IMG/VR virus record: IMGVR_UViG_3300025296_000086
Location: 1 to 30,130 of that record
Direction: 5' to 3' (one strand)
Length of the DNA: 30,130 nucleotides
DNA from: a virus
Lineage: Duplodnaviria; Caudoviricetes
Position 1 is the stretch's first letter, and every line of letters starts with the position of its first letter. This document shows, one piece after another, positions 25,372 through 30,130 of the stretch. Position numbers and translations under genes: made by a program. The notes below the pieces were generated by a model. It searched no databases. It worked only from the letters and a program-made list of their open reading frames with translations, and was not told the origin of the DNA.

Positions 25372-26913
25372 ATGGCTGACACCGCACCTGAAATAGAAAT
25401 CCCTGAACCGTCACGCGGACTCAGAGGAAACCTTGGCAGGATGAAAGTTCCGCCGGGTTTCGCCTTCCAGATGGAGAACTGGCTTCTCAGGTACGGCGAC
25501 TTCGGGGTCCGTCCCGGTTTCGGCCAGACGTTCGGGAGCGATATCAATCAACGAGCTACGGGCTTCGCCCAATACAGGGGCCAGGACGGTGAGCTTCGCA
25601 CGGTGATCGGGACAACCGTGGGATGGCACAAGTTCGATGCCGGGACCGATGCCTGGATTGATATTACCGGCACCGCGCTGACAGCCACCGTAATGCAAAA
25701 ACAGATTTTCCGTACCTTCAAGAAGGGCGGCTCGACAATCCTCCTGGGAATCAACGAAGCGGATGTTCTACAGGAATGGGACGGGGATGCAGCGGCCTAT
25801 AATGCGGCGGCTGGATCTCCACCCAAGGCGGTTTGCATGGGTGTGGCGTTTAACCGGGTGCTACTTGGCAACCTTCTAAGCGGATCGACGGTTTCTTCGG
25901 TGGCTGTGGAGGTTTCTGCGGATCTGGACTTCGAGAGCGGTTGGGGATCGAACGTCACGCTACTAGCTGACACGCCGGGGGCCATCGTGTGCTTTGCGGA
26001 AGCAGGGGCGTTGCAGACTTATGTGATCAAGAAGGACGCGATCTATGCAGCGACGGCGATCAGCGGCCTGGCACCGTTCCGCTACGACATTATCCCCTCC
26101 ACGGTGGGAATGAGAGGGCCGAGTTCCGCTAACAACATTGCTACCGATTCCAGGGGGTTCCGCTATTGGCTGGGTGAGGACGGTGGAGCGTACCGCTTTG
26201 ATGGAGTGGGTATCACCGACCTGGGAGAGCATATTCGCAAGTATGTCACGGACAATGGATCATTCGCGAGTTTCGGCAGGTCATTCTCCTTTGTTAATCA
26301 GAAGCACAACGAGTTGTGGATGTTTTTCCCTGAGACTGGGAACGCAGACTGTAACCTTGCCCTCCTGATAAACCTAGACAACTTCGATGCCTACCCATTT
26401 AGGTTCGATACGCTTCGGTTCTCAGCCGGGATGGCCCTGGACGCGGCCACCGGGCTGACCGTTGGGGAGCTGGCCGGTACGATTGGATCTCAAACCCTTA
26501 CCATTGGGGAGTTCCAGAGCATTGTGCCGAGAGTCATTGTCACCGACATTAACGGTCAGTCCTACATGGATGTGGGCAACATCGATGGATCTTCGGGGAT
26601 CATCCACTCCTGGGAGACCGGGATGTTTCAGTTGGGAACCAGGCGAAGCTACAAGCGGGTGGAGCAAGTCGATCATCACTACAAACTATCACCATCGAGT
26701 CAGACGGTGAGTGTCCAGCTGGGTTACAGCGAACACGGTGAAGATCCGAGCTACACTGCGGCACAAGATCTCGATGTGGGCGCAACTGGCCCGTACGTCA
26801 CCGGGCATCGACAGCCGGGGAGGCTGTTCTCCTTGAAGAAATCTGGCACCAACACCGACGAGATTATCTATCGGGGTTCCGTTGCCGGGGTAGAAGTGGA
26901 CGGGGGAAGGTAA
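25372..26913 (+). CDS. Tail nozzle / DNA stabilisation protein (P22 gp10 or tubular B-like)
   Basis: 513 aa with beta-propeller-like pattern. Early NW...G...RPG motif and its position support the call. Confidence 0.75.
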   Translation: MADTAPEIEIPEPSRGLRGNLGRMKVPPGFAFQMENWLLRYGDFGVRPGFGQTFGSDINQRATGFAQYRGQDGELRTVIGTTVGWHKFDAGTDAWIDITGTALTATVMQKQIFRTFKKGGSTILLGINEADVLQEWDGDAAAYNAAAGSPPKAVCMGVAFNRVLLGNLLSGSTVSSVAVEVSADLDFESGWGSNVTLLADTPGAIVCFAEAGALQTYVIKKDAIYAATAISGLAPFRYDIIPSTVGMRGPSSANNIATDSRGFRYWLGEDGGAYRFDGVGITDLGEHIRKYVTDNGSFASFGRSFSFVNQKHNELWMFFPETGNADCNLALLINLDNFDAYPFRFDTLRFSAGMALDAATGLTVGELAGTIGSQTLTIGEFQSIVPRVIVTDINGQSYMDVGNIDGSSGIIHSWETGMFQLGTRRSYKRVEQVDHHYKLSPSSQTVSVQLGYSEHGEDPSYTAAQDLDVGATGPYVTGHRQPGRLFSLKKSGTNTDEIIYRGSVAGVEVDGGR

Positions 26914-27176
26914 TGGCCGAGACCCAACGAGTACCTTTATTTATCAGGATGCCCGCTGCGCCGATTAGTGAAAAGGATCTACTGCGGTGGGCAAGGGAAA
27001 TCACGGTTGCCCTATCCCAAGATCACATCCTCGTGGTGCGAAGGCTGGAAGAGATCCCATTGCAGGGAATCACCGCAGAGCGTCCCACGGCGGACGGGTC
27101 TAGGCGTTTTTTTTGGGACGAGACAACGAGCAAACTCTACTACGATCACGGGGCATGGAGCGAGGTGGGCGTATGA
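26913..27176 (+). CDS. Small virion-associated hypothetical protein
   Basis: TAATG coupling. GITAERPT...FFWDETTSKLYY...W motif seen in tail proteins. Confidence 0.65.
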   Translation: MAETQRVPLFIRMPAAPISEKDLLRWAREITVALSQDHILVVRRLEEIPLQGITAERPTADGSRRFFWDETTSKLYYDHGAWSEVGV

Positions 27177-27691
27177 ACGCAAAGAGAAGAGAGAAGCCGA
27201 TTAGCATTAACCGGGCCAGGCCGGTGCCAACAATTCACTACCTACAGAAAGACTCACCGCTTCACCGGGCGTTGATGGGAATGACCCTGGAGCGTATCCG
27301 GGGATTTTCGAGGAAGTATCCAGCCACTGATAGCAACGGGGATATCTTGGCCCAATGGGTAGATGAGGACTTCGTTAAACCTGATCCCAAGACAGTGCTT
27401 TTCGTTGCAGAGCGTGACGGCAAGATAGTAGCGCATTTTTTCGGTGCCATTATGAAAAACGATCTGGCCGGGGGGAAGCTATATCTCCACCTCCTACAGT
27501 GGGAGATGGACCGCAATCATGGTCTACCGAGAGACCTTGAGATGGCGGTATGGGAGCAGATGATGGAATGGGGTCGAATTCATAACGCGGAGTGGGTCTC
27601 GCTTGAATGCGATAATCCGAAATTATGTGACCGTTACGAAAAGGAATATGGGTTTACACCGAGGAGAATCGTTATGAGGAGAGAGTTATGA
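27173..27691 (+). CDS. GNAT-fold protein (podovirus tail-module acetyltransferase-like)
   Basis: LFVAERDGKIVA...EWGRIHNA...RYEKEYGF. Sits between the nozzle and the ejection genes. Confidence 0.7.
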   Translation: MNAKRREKPISINRARPVPTIHYLQKDSPLHRALMGMTLERIRGFSRKYPATDSNGDILAQWVDEDFVKPDPKTVLFVAERDGKIVAHFFGAIMKNDLAGGKLYLHLLQWEMDRNHGLPRDLEMAVWEQMMEWGRIHNAEWVSLECDNPKLCDRYEKEYGFTPRRIVMRREL

Positions 27692-27837
27692 AAAAGGCAC
27701 TTGGGGCGCATTTATACAGATGGTTAAGGAATCAAGGTTGGCCGCAGGGTTTTAGAATCTTGTGCCATAACTGCAATATGGCTCGTGGGTTTTATGGTCG
27801 ATGCCCACATGAGCAGTTGCTAGAGGAGGTGGCATAA
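27688..27837 (+). pseudogene. 49-aa C-terminal fragment of an HNH-type endonuclease (absent from ORF track)
   Basis: MKKALGAHLYRWLRNQGWPQGFRILCHNCNMARGFYGRCPHEQLLEEVA, coupled at both ends. Confidence 0.55.
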
Positions 27838-28784
27838 TGGGCGGCGGGCCGAGTGGTGGGACATCCACCAAGAGCCAAGTGGCAACCATTGCCCCTGAGT
27901 TGCAGCCCTTTTTTAAGGCTACCGGAGAGAGGGCTGAAGCTTTTCAGGGTGTGGCACCTCTTACTCCGTTCGTATCAGCCAGACCAGCTGGTGTGGCACC
28001 CCTGTCGGGAACGGAACGTGCCGGGATTACGGCAACGGGAACCCTGGCCGACAGACCAACTGGAGAGACCCAGGCCCTAGCAAGGATCGGGCAGATTCCT
28101 GGCATCACATCCCAACGGGTTGATCCTAGTAACCTGGCCGCACTCTCCCAGCGACGAATAGATCTTTCACCTACGCAAGCTCTGGCCGCACGTAGGGTGG
28201 GTGGAGCCGGGATTGAAAACGCGCCAGCAATCCAAGCGGCGAGACTGGCGTTTCGCACGGGAGCGCAACCCAATATCACTAGCCAGCTGACCTTGAGAGG
28301 CCTGGGTAGATCCACGGCGGCAGCTCCAGCACTAGCACGGGCGGAAGCGGAGTTTCTATACCCGGCGATCCAAGATGAGCTGGCCAGGGAAGAGCGACGA
28401 ATTGAACGTGAGCTTGGCGTTTCCACCACAGGTCTGGGTCTTCAAGAGAGAGGCCTTGAGCGCGAGGTGGCGGCAGAGCAAGCTGGCATGGGCCTTGAAG
28501 AACGAGGAATCCAGCGCGAACTCGCAGGTGCTCTTGGTGCAGCTCCCCTCCAATTAGCGGCAGGGCAACAGGAGAGTGCAAGGGAGTTGGCCGCACTGGA
28601 CGCTCAGTTGAGAGCTGGTGGAGTGGAAAGAATTGTGGATCAGGCAACGCTGAACGCGCAGCAACAAGATTTCCTCAGACGACAGTCTTTGAGTGAACAG
28701 GCCCTATTTGGCCCGTTGGGATCTGTTCTACCGAGTGCTATTGGACAAGAATCAATAACCAGAACTGAAGGGGGGGGTAAATAA
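27837..28784 (+). CDS. Probable internal virion / DNA ejection protein
   Basis: RBS GAGGAGG. MGGGPSGGTSTKSQ start, A/G/Q-rich helical body, ends GGGK. Confidence 0.7.
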   Translation: MGGGPSGGTSTKSQVATIAPELQPFFKATGERAEAFQGVAPLTPFVSARPAGVAPLSGTERAGITATGTLADRPTGETQALARIGQIPGITSQRVDPSNLAALSQRRIDLSPTQALAARRVGGAGIENAPAIQAARLAFRTGAQPNITSQLTLRGLGRSTAAAPALARAEAEFLYPAIQDELAREERRIERELGVSTTGLGLQERGLEREVAAEQAGMGLEERGIQRELAGALGAAPLQLAAGQQESARELAALDAQLRAGGVERIVDQATLNAQQQDFLRRQSLSEQALFGPLGSVLPSAIGQESITRTEGGGK

Positions 28785-28786
28785 TC

Positions 28787-29470
28787 ATGCCACTACCAAT
28801 GATTCCTTTACTCGTAATGGGTGCCTTGGCGGCTGGGTCCATAGGGACCGGGATCGCGGCTAGTAAAGCCAAGGGGCAGAAGAAAAAGAATCTCAGGCTT
28901 GCCAGCATACTGAGTGGGATCGGTTCCCTTGGTGCCGGTGGATTTGGTGCCTATCAAGCGGGATTGTTTCCACCTGGAACAGCGGCTGGAACAGCGGCTG
29001 GAACAGCGGCTGGAACAGCGGCTGGAACAGCACCTGGAACAGCGGCTGGAACAGCGGCTGGAACAGCGGCTGGAACAGCACCTGGAACAGCGGCTGGAAC
29101 AGCGGCTGGAACAGCACCCACCACGCTTCCATTGGGGGGGAGCCTCAAGGACTGGAGGGAATGGCTTTCGACGGCGGGTGATGCGGCCCAGGTCGCCAGT
29201 GTTGGGAAGGACCTTCTTATCCCTACTCAAAGGACATCCACTGAAGGCCCTGGCCCGTTGGACAGCCTGTCGGCTGGATCAACGGACTTTACGCCTACAG
29301 CACCGCAATTTAATCGGCCCATCGTAGTGGAGACAATGCCGAATCCCCGCGCTCAAATCATAGAGACCACCCTGCCGAATCCGTCGGGGATCTCCCCAGT
29401 GCCGTATCCGGTTCGCCCCAGGAGTGCCTGGGGGCAGAGATGGGGCGGTGTAGGTGGAATCTGGGAATAA
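28787..29470 (+). CDS. Probable ejection protein with TM segments and GTAA/GTAP repeats
   Basis: Hydrophobic Gly/Ala N-terminus, 12 tetrapeptide repeats. Confidence 0.65.
   Translation: MPLPMIPLLVMGALAAGSIGTGIAASKAKGQKKKNLRLASILSGIGSLGAGGFGAYQAGLFPPGTAAGTAAGTAAGTAAGTAPGTAAGTAAGTAAGTAPGTAAGTAAGTAPTTLPLGGSLKDWREWLSTAGDAAQVASVGKDLLIPTQRTSTEGPGPLDSLSAGSTDFTPTAPQFNRPIVVETMPNPRAQIIETTLPNPSGISPVPYPVRPRSAWGQRWGGVGGIWE
28974..29117 (+). repeat. 12 x 12-bp in-frame tandem repeat CTGGAACAGC(GG/AC)
   Basis: Counted directly: 4 GG units, AC, 3 GG, AC, 2 GG, AC. Confidence 0.95.
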
Positions 29471-29479
29471 GGAGATAAA

Positions 29480-30130
29480 ATGGCTCAAGCGAAAAAACCA
29501 TCGTTGATCGGGGGTGCCTCCACCAAGATCCAAGACTTCCTGACCACCGACATTATGAGTCTTGTCTTACCGGCAGCAGCGGCATTCGGTGCGTTACGCG
29601 CACCCAAGACAACGAGGGGCGCACTCGCCGGGTTGAATCTTTTTACCGGGTTGACTGAGTATCGCGCTAAACGCGAGGCGAGAAAGAAGAAGCTCGCGCA
29701 AGAGGAGAAACTCGAAAAGGGTATGCTCGCGTACGCCGAACAGCTTGCTACGCCGAGGGAGAAGACCGTCGCCGACACATTCGCGGAAGTCCGAAGGGCA
29801 GCAGACGCACAAGCAAAAAAAAGAGCGGAGGGTAAGAAGGACGTATCGGTAAAAATTCGTGACTATGTCAGCGGGGAGGCGACGGTTCCACCAACGCCCA
29901 AGCAGTTGCAGCTGTCTCAAGTATACCGGGGGATGGCTGAGGGAGGACAGGCCAAGGCTGTCGGAGAATCTGCCATGCGCGTACTTACTAGAGTGCCGAA
30001 ACGGACTCCATTCACCACCGACCTGGGTGCCACCAAGGAGCATGGATACATCACGGAAACTGGTAAGCGTATTGTCACCTCAGTTCAGAAGGTGGGACCG
30101 AAACCGCCCGGCAGATTGGAGAGAGCACGA
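29480..30130 (+). CDS. Probable internal virion protein, truncated by the window end
   Basis: RBS AAGGAG, ATG 29480 (MAQAKKPSLIGG...), frame open to the window end. Confidence 0.65.
   Translation, partial: MAQAKKPSLIGGASTKIQDFLTTDIMSLVLPAAAAFGALRAPKTTRGALAGLNLFTGLTEYRAKREARKKKLAQEEKLEKGMLAYAEQLATPREKTVADTFAEVRRAADAQAKKRAEGKKDVSVKIRDYVSGEATVPPTPKQLQLSQVYRGMAEGGQAKAVGESAMRVLTRVPKRTPFTTDLGATKEHGYITETGKRIVTSVQKVGPKPPGRLERAR

Noticed and set aside
28808-29327. Alternative-frame repeat proteins (CSSR, LEQR, LFQP repeats)
   Set aside because: They are other-frame readings of the 12-bp VNTR. Only 28787-29470 fits the operon spacing.

Overview
The window is a gene-dense segment of a tailed phage or prophage with a podovirus-type morphogenesis module. 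No integrase, lysis or host genes are visible. Leftward arm (1-3065): SSB-like protein, Cas4-like PD-(D/E)XK nuclease and small HTH genes. A divergent control region follows (3066-3514). Rightward arm: replication genes, VRR-NUC nuclease, terminases, portal, scaffold, major capsid, adaptor, an O-antigen-ligase/TPR pair, a fibre protein, nozzle and probable ejection proteins. The standout locus is 3515-4807. It has a stand-alone Cas7/RAMP-like gene, an 80-aa ORF, and a 370-bp non-coding array. In the array, eight GAAGTCGAG anchors are separated by whole numbers of 5-nt units: 57 of 59 pentamers start with G and 50 of 59 end in C/T. This looks like a phage-encoded, non-CRISPR RNA-guided system with a gapped pentamer code (VIPR-like). 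All product calls come from motif recognition by eye. No searches were run.
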